From the NCBI GenBank assembly GCA_963674705.1, contig OY771506.1, forward strand, positions 448,001 through 512,000: a DNA stretch of 64,000 nucleotides, in the 5' to 3' direction. The notes under the pieces are model-generated. The model searched no databases. It was not told the DNA's origin and saw nothing but the letters and a program-made list of their open reading frames with translations. The translations under genes and the position numbers were made by a program. Below, piece after piece: positions 48,291 through 57,904 of this stretch. The stretch's first letter is position 1. Each line of letters opens with the position of its first letter. This DNA is from Phycisphaeraceae bacterium (lineage in GTDB: Bacteria; Planctomycetota; Phycisphaerae; Phycisphaerales; Phycisphaeraceae).

Positions 48291-49469
48291 TCAACGACGG
48301 CGGGATAGCATCACCAAACCACCCAGACCCAACAGGGCCAGACTCACCGGCTCGGGAACCGGAACCGATTCGACCGACACGTTGTCAATGATGTAGTCAT
48401 AGTCGCCGACCGAGTTGCGGAAGGCGATGTAGTTGAATGACTCGGGTGCCGGCAGCATGAACGCCGCGCCCGTCAGGCTGGCTGTAATGTCATCCTCCAG
48501 ACCCAACACACCATCCACATAGGAGCGGATAATCAGGCCGTCCACACCGCGCTCGATCTCCATCATGAGCGTATGTGGCGCGACGGGGATCTGATTGGTC
48601 GGATCGCTGGTCAGGTCGCCACCGATCTTCAAACCCGGACCGTCGGATGTTGGCGAGGCCACGGTTGCGACGTCACCGCCAGCACCCGGATCATTGCTGG
48701 TGCCGCTGCCCTCGAAGAACCGGCCGTTGTTGCTCGTGCCATTGATGCCGGCCAGGTTGTATTCGTAGTTGATACGCCCCGATGTCTCATCCGCAAGAGC
48801 GCCGATCTCAACACGCGACCAGAGACCCTTGTCGCCTTCAGCGCCGACGGGCGCATCAAACCAGTCGCCGTCGTTCTCGCCGGTGTCCGGCCCCCAAACG
48901 ATCGATGCCTGGCCCGAGCCGGAGTCGAGGCCTTCGTTAGCACTCATGCCGAACTCGTTATCGGTGTCCTGGAACAGGCCCCAGCGCAGCTCGCCGTTAG
49001 CGGGCGGCGGGGTTGGGTTGGTGGAATCGGTCCAGATGCGGAAGCTCAGTGAGACAACGACCTTGTCACCAAGGTTCGCCCCCAACTCGACCGGGGCACT
49101 GAAGAATCCGGCAAACGAACTGCCGGTGCCTTTGGATTCGACGCCCAGTGCGTAGCCGGTGCCCAGGCCGGCCGAGTCATCAATGATCTTGATGTTGGCT
49201 TTGGGGTCGCCGGTATTACTGCTGGTGAATCCGCGTGTGGCGGCCCAGATGATGCCGGTGTCTGCTGCATTCTCCGGCGAGGTGATCTCGATGCCGTCGA
49301 GCACATCATCCAGATTGGCGTCCGTGTCATAAATGGTGATCGCACCGTTGTTGTTACGATCGCCGTCGCCGAATCCATCCGTGATCGCGTACGACGACGA
49401 AGTGGCGAACGCTACGACTAGCGCTGCACCGGTTGGCAAGATGTACTTTGCTCCGTTTTTCATGATCAT
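48291..49469 (-). CDS. PEP-CTERM surface protein, no dockerin
   Basis: GGAGG before ATG 49469; signal peptide; DGFGDGDRNN, LRWGLFQDTDN; VPEP + TM + RRR. Confidence 0.85.
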   Translation of the reverse strand: MIMKNGAKYILPTGAALVVAFATSSSYAITDGFGDGDRNNNGAITIYDTDANLDDVLDGIEITSPENAADTGIIWAATRGFTSSNTGDPKANIKIIDDSAGLGTGYALGVESKGTGSSFAGFFSAPVELGANLGDKVVVSLSFRIWTDSTNPTPPPANGELRWGLFQDTDNEFGMSANEGLDSGSGQASIVWGPDTGENDGDWFDAPVGAEGDKGLWSRVEIGALADETSGRINYEYNLAGINGTSNNGRFFEGSGTSNDPGAGGDVATVASPTSDGPGLKIGGDLTSDPTNQIPVAPHTLMMEIERGVDGLIIRSYVDGVLGLEDDITASLTGAAFMLPAPESFNYIAFRNSVGDYDYIIDNVSVESVPVPEPVSLALLGLGGLVMLSRRR

Positions 49470-49556
49470 TTTCTCTTTCCTCCAATTGGTTTCGTGAATC
49501 GATCCTCCATCCGACATAAAAACCGTTCGACTCATCCCTGGCCTACAGAACGGCCA

Positions 49557-50594
49557 CTAAAATGACATTGACACATTCACCGCATCCCCGGGCACGAGCT
49601 TTGGCTCGACCGACGAGACGACGGTCACCGGGTCGTGCGGCTTGCGCACCCGTTGGATCAGGTGCTCGACGGCCTGACGGCCGATGACGTCCGGCCGCAG
49701 GTCGATGGTCGCCGGCTTGGGGTCCAGGCCGGCGAGTAAGGGTTCGTTGTTACAGGAAATCACTTCCACGTCCCGGCCCGGCTCGATGCCCTGGGCACGC
49801 AGCTCGTGGTAAACCATCACGGTCAGCGGATCACGCGGGACGAACAAGCCGGTCGGCAACTGCGGCATGTTTTTCATCTGCGTGACGAGTTGCTTGACCG
49901 CCTGCTCTTCAAAGTCGGCGACAAACGGTGTGGACTGATCTACTCGGCCGTCGACGATGACATGCGCCTCTGCACCGCCGGCTTTCGCTGCTTCGCTAAA
50001 GGCGCGGGTTCGTGCTTCGTAGCCGAGGTGATCGGGTGAAAGATTTAACAGCCCCAGATGCTTGTGGCCTCGCGATATGAGGTATTCGGCCGCCATCTTG
50101 CCGATCGCTTCGTTGTCCGGCTCAATGCGGTCGCCCCAGTAGCCGCGTGCGCTGCGTGGGCTGAGCAGCCAGACACAGGGGAACTTCGCGAGGCGTGACT
50201 GGTGCTTGCGAGGTGGCGGGAAGCCGTAGAGTAAAAGGCCATCGACCCGGCCATTGGCGACGTTGGGCGGCAGCCTGCCGGAGTCATTGAGTTTGCCGAG
50301 GATCAGGTTGAAGCCGTGATCGGCCAGCGCATCTTCCACGGCATGCAGCACGGCTCCGGCGACCGGTGCCATCATCAGCGTCAGATCGGCGCCAATCATC
50401 AAGAGTGCAACGTTGCCGACGCGCGTATGACCGTTTGCATGGCGTCCTCGGCCGGATGGTGTGTACCCGATGTTCTGCATGGCTTGACGCACCAACTTGA
50501 CGCATTCGGGGGATACACCGGGCCGGTTATTGATGACCCGAGAGACGGTGGCGTGAGATACGCCGGCGAGTTTGGCAACCTCTACGATTGACAT
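49557..50594 (-). CDS. LacI-family transcriptional regulator
   Basis: MSIVEVAKLAGVSHATVSRVIN; start moved to ATG 50594. Confidence 0.92.
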   Translation of the reverse strand: MSIVEVAKLAGVSHATVSRVINNRPGVSPECVKLVRQAMQNIGYTPSGRGRHANGHTRVGNVALLMIGADLTLMMAPVAGAVLHAVEDALADHGFNLILGKLNDSGRLPPNVANGRVDGLLLYGFPPPRKHQSRLAKFPCVWLLSPRSARGYWGDRIEPDNEAIGKMAAEYLISRGHKHLGLLNLSPDHLGYEARTRAFSEAAKAGGAEAHVIVDGRVDQSTPFVADFEEQAVKQLVTQMKNMPQLPTGLFVPRDPLTVMVYHELRAQGIEPGRDVEVISCNNEPLLAGLDPKPATIDLRPDVIGRQAVEHLIQRVRKPHDPVTVVSSVEPKLVPGDAVNVSMSF

Positions 50595-50899
50595 GGCACA
50601 CACATTAATACCACGGCGCAGCCGAATATACAAGGGAAATTTTCAGAGAAATACAAATTGATCTTAATGTACAATCAATTATTAAATAAAGAGTTACGTA
50701 TTGTACATGAAAATTCACCGCTAATTTTCTTGAAATTTAATTGTTATATGAACAGCCGATCGGTATGCTGAAAGGCGTCGAAGGGGCCACTTGAAAGCGT
50801 GTGGCAGATTGATCGAAAATCCCACTTGGAGCCCTGCTCAGGGCCAGTCACAAGGAGCGAAACGTGCCAGCGATGCAACGAATCAGCCGGGGCAAGGTC

Positions 50900-52132
50900 A
50901 TGCGGACTTGGCGATGGGTCTGCTGTGTGTTGGCGGTTGGTTGCCTGGGGTGCCAGGCCGTGCCGGTGGTGGCAGAGATGTCGGATGCGAATGCAGACCT
51001 GATTCTTTATGACGCCGAGGGAATCAGCCGGGTGAAGCAGAAGATCGCGGCCGGGGACGCCGAGTTGCTGGCTATTGTCAAAGATGTGGTCGAGCGAGGC
51101 GATGAGTCTTTAGAGGTTGAGCCGGTGTCGGTGACGGATAAGCCCATGACGCCGCCCAGCGGGGACAAGCACGACTACATGAGCATCGGCTCGTACTGGT
51201 GGCCGAATCCCGATACGCCGGATGGCAAGCCCTACATCCGACGCGACGGCGAATTCAATCCCGAACGTGATAAGTACGATGTGACCAAACTCGACGTCGT
51301 CACAGGAGCGGTGCAAAAGCTGGCGCTGGCGTATGAATTCACGGGAGACGAACGCTATGCCAAACATGCCGTAAAGCACCTGCGTCACTTTTTTATCGAT
51401 CCGCAAACGCGGATGAATCCGAACCTTCAGTACAGCCAGTTCGTTCCGGGTCGAGATGAGGACGGCCGAAAATCCGGCATCATCGAGACGGTGCGGCTGC
51501 GTTTCCTGCCTGATTCGATCACGCTGCTCAAAGATTCGCCGAACATGACCGATGCGGACTTCAAGGCGTTGCAGAAGTGGTTCGCGGATTACGTGCATTG
51601 GCTGCAAACCAGCGAGAACGGGATCGGTGAATCAGAAAGTGAAAACAACCACGGCACATGGTATATGCAGCAGGTCGTGTTGTTTTCGCTGTTTGCCGAC
51701 GATAAAGAAACCGCGCGTGACGTACTCGACAAGGTCCCGGCCCGTATCGCCAGTCAGTACGAGCCGGACGGCAGCCAGCCCTTGGAAAACGAACGCACGC
51801 GCAGCCTGCATTACTGCGACTTCAACAACCGCGCGATGATGGACCTGGCACGCATGGGCGAATCGCTTGGTTACGATTTGTGGAATTACGAATCGGAGGA
51901 TGGCCGGAGTTTGAAGAAGGGTTATGCATTGCTGGTGCCTTACATGACCGGCACGAACAAGACGCCTTGGCCGCACAAGCAGATTGACGAACCGAAGTAT
52001 CACTGGTTTGCCCAGAGTTTGCGATGGGCGGCCAACGGCTTTGACAATTCGGAATACGAAGCGGCGATCGACCTGCTGCCTGATCGGTTCGAGACAAACA
52101 ACTGGATCGAGCTGGTGGTACCGGCTCAGTAA
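50900..52132 (+). CDS. Alginate_lyase-domain polysaccharide lyase (PF05426; PL38-like), probable lipoprotein
   Basis: PPSGDKHDYMS..YWWPNP, PYIRRDGE.NPE, TRMNPNL, NNHGTWY, RTRSLHY; lipobox CLGC. Confidence 0.85.
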   Translation: MRTWRWVCCVLAVGCLGCQAVPVVAEMSDANADLILYDAEGISRVKQKIAAGDAELLAIVKDVVERGDESLEVEPVSVTDKPMTPPSGDKHDYMSIGSYWWPNPDTPDGKPYIRRDGEFNPERDKYDVTKLDVVTGAVQKLALAYEFTGDERYAKHAVKHLRHFFIDPQTRMNPNLQYSQFVPGRDEDGRKSGIIETVRLRFLPDSITLLKDSPNMTDADFKALQKWFADYVHWLQTSENGIGESESENNHGTWYMQQVVLFSLFADDKETARDVLDKVPARIASQYEPDGSQPLENERTRSLHYCDFNNRAMMDLARMGESLGYDLWNYESEDGRSLKKGYALLVPYMTGTNKTPWPHKQIDEPKYHWFAQSLRWAANGFDNSEYEAAIDLLPDRFETNNWIELVVPAQ

Positions 52133-52983
52133 GCCAACTCAAACTCAAACTGTTTGCCGACGTGGCAAGCCTGCCAGCGGTCGGGGAATTGTGACCAGAG
52201 CCAGGCCTTAGGCGTGGGGCCGGTGCAGTGTGCGGGCACGAGCATTTGCACATCAAGCTCGCGTAGCGCCCGGCCTGTCTGTTCGATGCGGTGCTCTGAT
52301 GCGTTGACCAGGTGCATGCCGCCGATGACCGCGTGGATGGGTTGGTTATCTGTCAGGCGGCGTACGTGGTTGAGCGTGTTGATGACGCCGGCGTGGGCGC
52401 AGCCGAGGATGACAACCGTGCCGAGTGGTGTATTAAAGAAGATCGATTGATCGTCGAGGATCGGATCGGGTTGCGTGGCTTCTTTGTCGAGGAAGAACGG
52501 GCCGCCGACGTCTTCGTAATCGGTATCGCGCGGAACGGGGCCGGTGACATGGATGCCATCGGTGATCGAGGTCGGCTTGTCCGTCCAGATCAGCTCATCG
52601 ACGTGCTTTTTGAGCATGGGTTCGTCAATGCCTGACGGGACACCGATATCTTCGACCAGGCCGGTGTCTTTCTTGCGGCCGTAATGCTTGATAAGCGAGG
52701 CGGGATGCAGGTACATCTGTGGTATGCGCATCGCTTGCAGCAAACCCGGCAGGCCTCCGGTGTGATCGTAATGCCCGTGCGATAGCACAACGGCGTCGAG
52801 TTCAGAAAGATGACACTTCAATTGCTCGGCGTTGTGCCGAAGGACTTCGTATCTTTGACCGGTATCGAACAGCACTTTATGCGTATCGGTTTCGATCCAG
52901 TACGACAATCCGTGCTCGGCTAATAAACCGACTTTGTAGGCGGTGTTTTCAATTAATACGGTGATGCGGATGTGGTTTTTCAT
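52126..52983 (-). CDS. Metallo-beta-lactamase-fold hydrolase
   Basis: AEHGLS, LFDTG, SHGHYDHTGG, GCAHAG, IGGMHL, HCTG. Confidence 0.9.
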   Translation of the reverse strand: MKNHIRITVLIENTAYKVGLLAEHGLSYWIETDTHKVLFDTGQRYEVLRHNAEQLKCHLSELDAVVLSHGHYDHTGGLPGLLQAMRIPQMYLHPASLIKHYGRKKDTGLVEDIGVPSGIDEPMLKKHVDELIWTDKPTSITDGIHVTGPVPRDTDYEDVGGPFFLDKEATQPDPILDDQSIFFNTPLGTVVILGCAHAGVINTLNHVRRLTDNQPIHAVIGGMHLVNASEHRIEQTGRALRELDVQMLVPAHCTGPTPKAWLWSQFPDRWQACHVGKQFEFELAY

Positions 52984-53028
52984 GGCCTTAGCTTCGACAT
53001 TATGTCCGGGCAGGCCCGGGCTTATTCA

Positions 53029-53481
53029 TTAAATATGCTGATATATGACACGGAGCGGGACACCCAGTTTCTCTTCGGATACCTTCTTTTGATCGGGCTT
53101 CAATAGACCAATATGTGGATTCATGATACTTATCGCAAAGCGGCTGAAACCTTGTTCCCACTCGTAGTGAAGCTCTGCAAGTGTGTGATGCTCTCCACAA
53201 CAGGGCAACAGATAAGTATTCAACATAAACCCATCAGCGTAATCATCACTCATCCGAGATGACCACCATTTTACTTCAAGTTCTGCATGGCATGATGGGC
53301 ATTTAATCCATCCGAAGTTCTCTCCACAATCAAAGAATTCCACCGAGTCGTGTTCGATCAGCTCGATTTCGTCGGCATCAGGAGTGATGTGATTGAGGTA
53401 TTCAATTGCCGCTGCTTTCTGAATTTCATCAGGCAGGTATTGCGGGTCATGCGGGATGAGAATGATCTTGTTATCTGACAT
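53029..53481 (-). CDS. Hypothetical Cys-containing protein, AT-richer than flanks
   Basis: 150-aa ORF filling the gap; FFDCGE, CPSC, PCC. Confidence 0.65.
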   Translation of the reverse strand: MSDNKIILIPHDPQYLPDEIQKAAAIEYLNHITPDADEIELIEHDSVEFFDCGENFGWIKCPSCHAELEVKWWSSRMSDDYADGFMLNTYLLPCCGEHHTLAELHYEWEQGFSRFAISIMNPHIGLLKPDQKKVSEEKLGVPLRVIYQHI

Positions 53482-53524
53482 TATGATCTGCGCAGCAATT
53501 AGAGTGAATCCATGGGATCTAGGA

Positions 53525-54163
53525 TTAACTACTGACTAGTTTCACCGCTTCCTTCACCAACGCTTCTACCTTATCAAACTCGCCGGCGTTGATGAGTTTG
53601 CGGTCGACCATCCAGCTACCGCCGCAGGCGTGGACGCTGGGGAGGGCCAGGTAGTCGGCGAGGTTTTTGGCGGAGACGCCGCCGGTGGGGATGAATTTGA
53701 CGTTGCTGTAGGGGGCGCTGAGGGCTTTGAGGGTTTTTGTGCCGCCGAAGGCTTCGGCCGGGAAGAATTTGAGGATGTTCAGGCCAAAACCGCAGGCGAG
53801 GTCAATGTCGGTCGGCGTGGCGATCCCCGGCGTGATGGGGATGTTTTGTTCGATGCAGTATTCGACGACGGGCGGGTTGGTGCCGGGGCTGACGATGAAG
53901 GTCGCGCCGGCGCCGATTGCTCGCTTGGCTTGCTCGACGGTGAGTACCGTGCCGGCCCCGACGAGCATGCCTTCCTGCTTGCTCATCAACCTGATCGATT
54001 CCTCGGCAGCGTCCGTGCGGAAAGTCACTTCAGCAACGGGCAACCCCCCACCGATCAGCGCTTCGCCTAACGGCTTCGCGGCGTCCACCGAATCCAACAC
54101 CACCACCGGCACAAGCTTGTGTCGACCTAGCGCTTCCAACACATTCACTGATCCGTCGGACAT
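53525..54163 (-). CDS. eda: KDPG/KHG aldolase
   Basis: AEVTFRT, VGAGTVLT, FIVSPG, LKFFPAE, IPTGGVS, CGGSW. Confidence 0.95.
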   Translation of the reverse strand: MSDGSVNVLEALGRHKLVPVVVLDSVDAAKPLGEALIGGGLPVAEVTFRTDAAEESIRLMSKQEGMLVGAGTVLTVEQAKRAIGAGATFIVSPGTNPPVVEYCIEQNIPITPGIATPTDIDLACGFGLNILKFFPAEAFGGTKTLKALSAPYSNVKFIPTGGVSAKNLADYLALPSVHACGGSWMVDRKLINAGEFDKVEALVKEAVKLVSS

Positions 54164-54216
54164 TATCTTTGCCTTTCATTACTCATGACGAATAATCAAC
54201 CAAAATCATAGGAGTA

Positions 54217-54374
54217 GCCACGAAAAGGCACAAAACACACAAAAGGATGCGTGTTAGAAGCACAGTTCACGCGAGTTGTGATTGATTGATACTTCATATT
54301 TTGTGTCTTCTGTGCCTTTTGGTGGCAAACCTCTTCTTAATATTATTTGCGTCCATTAGCGTTCATTTGCGGCG
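54217..54374. repeat. Inverted GCCAC.AAAAGGCACA repeat pair plus ATTTGCG..CATTTGCGG decamer repeat
   Basis: 54217-54244 versus reverse complement of 54299-54326: 3 mismatches in 28; second motif at 54345-54374. Confidence 0.7.
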
Positions 54375-54385
54375 AAATAACGCAT

Positions 54386-55174
54386 TCATAACCGTGGCAT
54401 CGTCAGTCCGCCGTCTACCATCAGCAAACTGCCGGTAGCATAACTGAGTTCGCCGCGTGCTAATACAGCTACCGCTCTGCCGACATCTTCGGGTGTGCCC
54501 CAACGCGAGTCGACGGTTAAGCCTTCAGCGATCAGCTTGTCGTATTTTTCGATGACGCCGGCGGTCATGTCGGTCTTGATGATGCCGGGGCGTACCTCGT
54601 AGACACTGACGCCGAACTCGGCCATGCGTGCAGCCCAGAGTTGGGTTGCCATCGCGATGCCCGCCTTGCTGATGCAGTAGTCGCCGCGGTTGACCGAGAC
54701 GACCGTCGCACTGATCGACGAGACATTGACGATCGATCCCCGAAAGCTGTTATCCGCGCGGTATTGCTCGGCCATCCAGTTGGCGACGAGTTGCGTCAGG
54801 AAGTACGGCCCTTTGAGGTTGATACTGATCAGGCGGTCGAAGCTCTCTTCACTTGCATCAAGGATGTCGGCCCGTTCGTTCGGCGCAACGCCGGCGTTGT
54901 TGACAAGCACATCCAGTCGGCCGAAGTGGCTGCGGATATCGTCGACCATCTGCTTGCGACCGGCGCTGTCGGCGACGTCGGCGCGGCAGTACAAAACGTC
55001 GGCGCCGATAGCGCGGAGTGCGTTGAGTGGTTCTGCGACATCGGCTTCTTCGCGTCGGCCGTTGACGGCGAGGTTGAAGCCGTCCTCGGCAAGGCGTTTG
55101 GAGATACCGAAGCCGATCCCGCGCGTTCCGCCGGTGACGAGTGCGACAGGTTTGGTGTTTTTCTGCTCGCTCAT
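54386..55174 (-). CDS. SDR-family oxidoreductase
   Basis: TGGTRGIG, LVNNAG, YCISK, RPGIIKTDM. Confidence 0.92.
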   Translation of the reverse strand: MSEQKNTKPVALVTGGTRGIGFGISKRLAEDGFNLAVNGRREEADVAEPLNALRAIGADVLYCRADVADSAGRKQMVDDIRSHFGRLDVLVNNAGVAPNERADILDASEESFDRLISINLKGPYFLTQLVANWMAEQYRADNSFRGSIVNVSSISATVVSVNRGDYCISKAGIAMATQLWAARMAEFGVSVYEVRPGIIKTDMTAGVIEKYDKLIAEGLTVDSRWGTPEDVGRAVAVLARGELSYATGSLLMVDGGLTMPRL

Positions 55175-55193
55175 CGCGTGCTCCGTTTATCGA

Positions 55194-56603
55194 TCAAAGA
55201 AAGAACTTCAGGTAAGGGCCTTTGCCGGCCATGCGGTGGATCAGCAGGGCCAGTTCGAGCAGGTGATAATCGCCCCACAGGCTGGACTCGCTGTGCGAAA
55301 CCTTCGAGCCCTTGGGCACGTGGTCCCAATGGTTGGGCCAGTGGTAGATCGAATGCAGCAGCAGGCCTTGATGGTCGCGCTTCGTTGACAGGTACGGCTC
55401 ATCGAACAGTGTGCTGGCGACAGTGAGACCCGCCTGGTAATACGGCTTGCCTTTGCCGGTCTTGCCGAGGTAGTTGCCAAGACGGATCAATCCTTGGGCG
55501 GCGATCGCAGAGGCGGAAGCGTCGACGGGTTCGTAGTCGTTATAAGGATTGGCGTTCTTAGCTTGCCAATCGCCCAGCTTGTGCAATCCGGGTGCGCCGT
55601 CGTCCCAGTAGGTGATGCCGTCGAGCGTGGAGACGTCTTTGATGTAGTGGTCGCAGGTGTCTTTGGCGTTGCGTACGTAGACTTTGATGATGTCGGGCTT
55701 CGCTAAGCCGCAAGCGGCTTTGAAGGCTGGGGCGGGGATGGTTTTGAAGAATTCGAGTTCTTCCGCGTAACCGAGCATGGCCCAGGCTAGGCCGCGCGTC
55801 CAGGTGCTGAACGGGCTGTAGCCTTGTTGTGTTGACCGGGCGCGGAAAGCGCCGTCGTTGCGGTTGAACGTGCCTTCGTGTGCGGTACGGCCTCGCACAT
55901 CATAAGTATGTTCGCTGTCACCATGAAAAACTATGTATTGACTGGTAGTCAGGCCGTGGAGGACTGATCGCTTCAGAAGATTCGCGGAGCGGTCACCCTC
56001 GTGCATCAGGTTGTGGCCGAGTTGCCAGGCGACACCGAGGATGCGTGTCGTTCGCATGGTATCGATGAACAGCGAGTGCGGGCCGTTGAATGAGTAGATG
56101 TAGCCAAGCGCGGGTGAATTGGCGGAGTGTTTGGACTTCACCTGTGCGGTGCCGGACCATCGTGCGGCCTGGACCGCGCCGGAGGCAGCGATGGCGTTGG
56201 CGTAGACGACTTCTTCCCAGTCATCCCCGGATGGCTTCATACGTTTTTCCTTTAAGAGGCGCAGCAGGTTGCCGTAGGTCGAGAGGTTGTTGAAGCCGTG
56301 ATCGTGCACACCTGTGTGTGTGACGTGCGGAAGCATGTTTTCGATCGTGCGTTTTTTACCGAGCTGGATGAGCTTGTCATCATCAAGCCCGTCACCGGCA
56401 AGGATCATGCAGCCGTACTGGAAGCCCTGGGTCCACTCGGTCCATCCGCGTGTGGCGTATTTGCCTTCGACGGTGAAGACGGGGGTTCCCTTGGCCGGGT
56501 CCCAGGTTTTATCGATCGCGCGGGCTTTGCAAGCGGCGAGTTCGAAGACGCGCCGGGTTTTGGTTTGCAGCGAGGCGGGCTTGAGTGTGTTGTCGATCTT
56601 CAT
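55194..56603 (-). CDS. GH88-like unsaturated uronyl hydrolase
   Basis: EWTQGF..G, HDHGF, IDTM, QGYSP.STWTRGLAWAMLG, DASASAIAAQGL, WGDY..LE. Confidence 0.8.
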   Translation of the reverse strand: MKIDNTLKPASLQTKTRRVFELAACKARAIDKTWDPAKGTPVFTVEGKYATRGWTEWTQGFQYGCMILAGDGLDDDKLIQLGKKRTIENMLPHVTHTGVHDHGFNNLSTYGNLLRLLKEKRMKPSGDDWEEVVYANAIAASGAVQAARWSGTAQVKSKHSANSPALGYIYSFNGPHSLFIDTMRTTRILGVAWQLGHNLMHEGDRSANLLKRSVLHGLTTSQYIVFHGDSEHTYDVRGRTAHEGTFNRNDGAFRARSTQQGYSPFSTWTRGLAWAMLGYAEELEFFKTIPAPAFKAACGLAKPDIIKVYVRNAKDTCDHYIKDVSTLDGITYWDDGAPGLHKLGDWQAKNANPYNDYEPVDASASAIAAQGLIRLGNYLGKTGKGKPYYQAGLTVASTLFDEPYLSTKRDHQGLLLHSIYHWPNHWDHVPKGSKVSHSESSLWGDYHLLELALLIHRMAGKGPYLKFFL

Positions 56604-56688
56604 GGGGTTTAGCTTTGATGTTTAATGTTTGATGTTGAGTGTTCAATCTGGCATCGTGGGCGCGATCGTATGGATTATTGTGTGCTCG

Positions 56689-56768
56689 AAGATACCCGGA
56701 CCTTCGCTTCGCTCAGGACCGGCGTTGGGAAGTAGAGCCATTAGCCCTTAGCTGTTAGCCATTAGCAA
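56689..56768. repeat. Repeat family E (reverse) followed by heptamer tandem repeat (GC..TTA)x4
   Basis: aagatacccggaccttcgcttcgctcaggaccggcgttgggaa; gccatta gccctta gctgtta gccatta. Confidence 0.75.
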
Positions 56769-56868
56769 TACAATCACCCGATACCCCACACAAAGTGTGC
56801 CAGAAGTAGGGGCTGAATACAAGCGCCGGATGTATTGAATCAGTGTCTATTTTGGCTAAGATGGGGTT

Positions 56869-57759
56869 ATGTCCAGCCAGCCGCCCCAGGTTGATCGCCC
56901 CGCCGCAGACGAAGTCGCTGTAGGCGATCTGTGTGCGAAGCTGTTCAGTGAACCGGCCCGCCTGGATCAGGCGGTGACGCATGCGATCGATCATCGGCTG
57001 TACATCGGGCCGCACGCCCATAAGGACCTGTTGCAACTGGACCTGATCAGCGGCTGCGAGGGTAGTTGCCTTATCGAGGGGCAGTGGCAGCGGATCAGCG
57101 GGTTGACGGCGATGACGACGTACCCGGGCGTGGAACATGGCTATGAACTGGTGCCGCACGATGCCGGGGCGCGTGTATTTAACATCCGCATGCGCGTCCG
57201 TCCGAACTGGCCGGCCATCAGCAATCAGACGCTGCAGTCTTGGACGACATCGCTGGACCCCGGGCGGGGTTTGATCCCGGTGATGCGTTTATTGACGGAA
57301 AACGGCACGTTAGGCGGGTCCAGACCCGCATTGGTGACATCGCATCTGGCGGAGGCGATCTGTCTTTGGCCGCGCACGAGCCAGGGGCCCGGGGACATGC
57401 CGCCGGGCTTTTCGATCGCGTCGATCCGGGACAAAGACCACGAACTTGCCGACGCGATCTCGCGGATCCATGGCGATGCGAGCAAGCCTCCGACGCTGGA
57501 TGAACTGGCGGAAGTCTCGCATATGTCACCGCGTCATTTTGCCCGGCGGTTCGAGACGCTGCTGGGCTGCACACCCCACGCCTACATCACCGCCAGGCGG
57601 TTCGCCCGGGCCCGGGAGCTACTGCTGCAGCAGCAACTTAAGACCAACCAGATCGCCGAGATGCTGGGTTTCAGCTCGCCTGCCACGTTCAGCCGGTGGT
57701 TCAGCCAGCACGCCGGGACCAGCCCCCGCCGCTATCGGCAGGACCCGCATGTGATGTAG
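56869..57759 (+). CDS. AraC-family transcriptional regulator
   Basis: TLDELAEVSHMSPRHFARRF, IAEMLGFSSPATFSRWF..G.SP..YR. Confidence 0.9.
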   Translation: MSSQPPQVDRPAADEVAVGDLCAKLFSEPARLDQAVTHAIDHRLYIGPHAHKDLLQLDLISGCEGSCLIEGQWQRISGLTAMTTYPGVEHGYELVPHDAGARVFNIRMRVRPNWPAISNQTLQSWTTSLDPGRGLIPVMRLLTENGTLGGSRPALVTSHLAEAICLWPRTSQGPGDMPPGFSIASIRDKDHELADAISRIHGDASKPPTLDELAEVSHMSPRHFARRFETLLGCTPHAYITARRFARARELLLQQQLKTNQIAEMLGFSSPATFSRWFSQHAGTSPRRYRQDPHVM

Positions 57760-57904
57760 GCAAGACCCCTTTATTTGTCCACATTTGCAAAGAATCTGGT
57801 CCCCAATCGGGAAGGAAAACCGCCCGGAGTTAGGATACATTACCAAGCATCAGGGAACGTCCCCCCCTCACCAACCACGAAACACCAGCCACCGAACAAG
57901 CACC

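Noticed and set aside
52126..52983. Antibiotic-resistance beta-lactamase
   Set aside because: No signal peptide; motifs match widespread housekeeping MBL-fold hydrolases.
54386..55174. fabG fatty-acid synthesis gene
   Set aside because: SDR motifs are generic, and the context (GH88-like, eda) points to sugar-acid metabolism, so no gene symbol was given.
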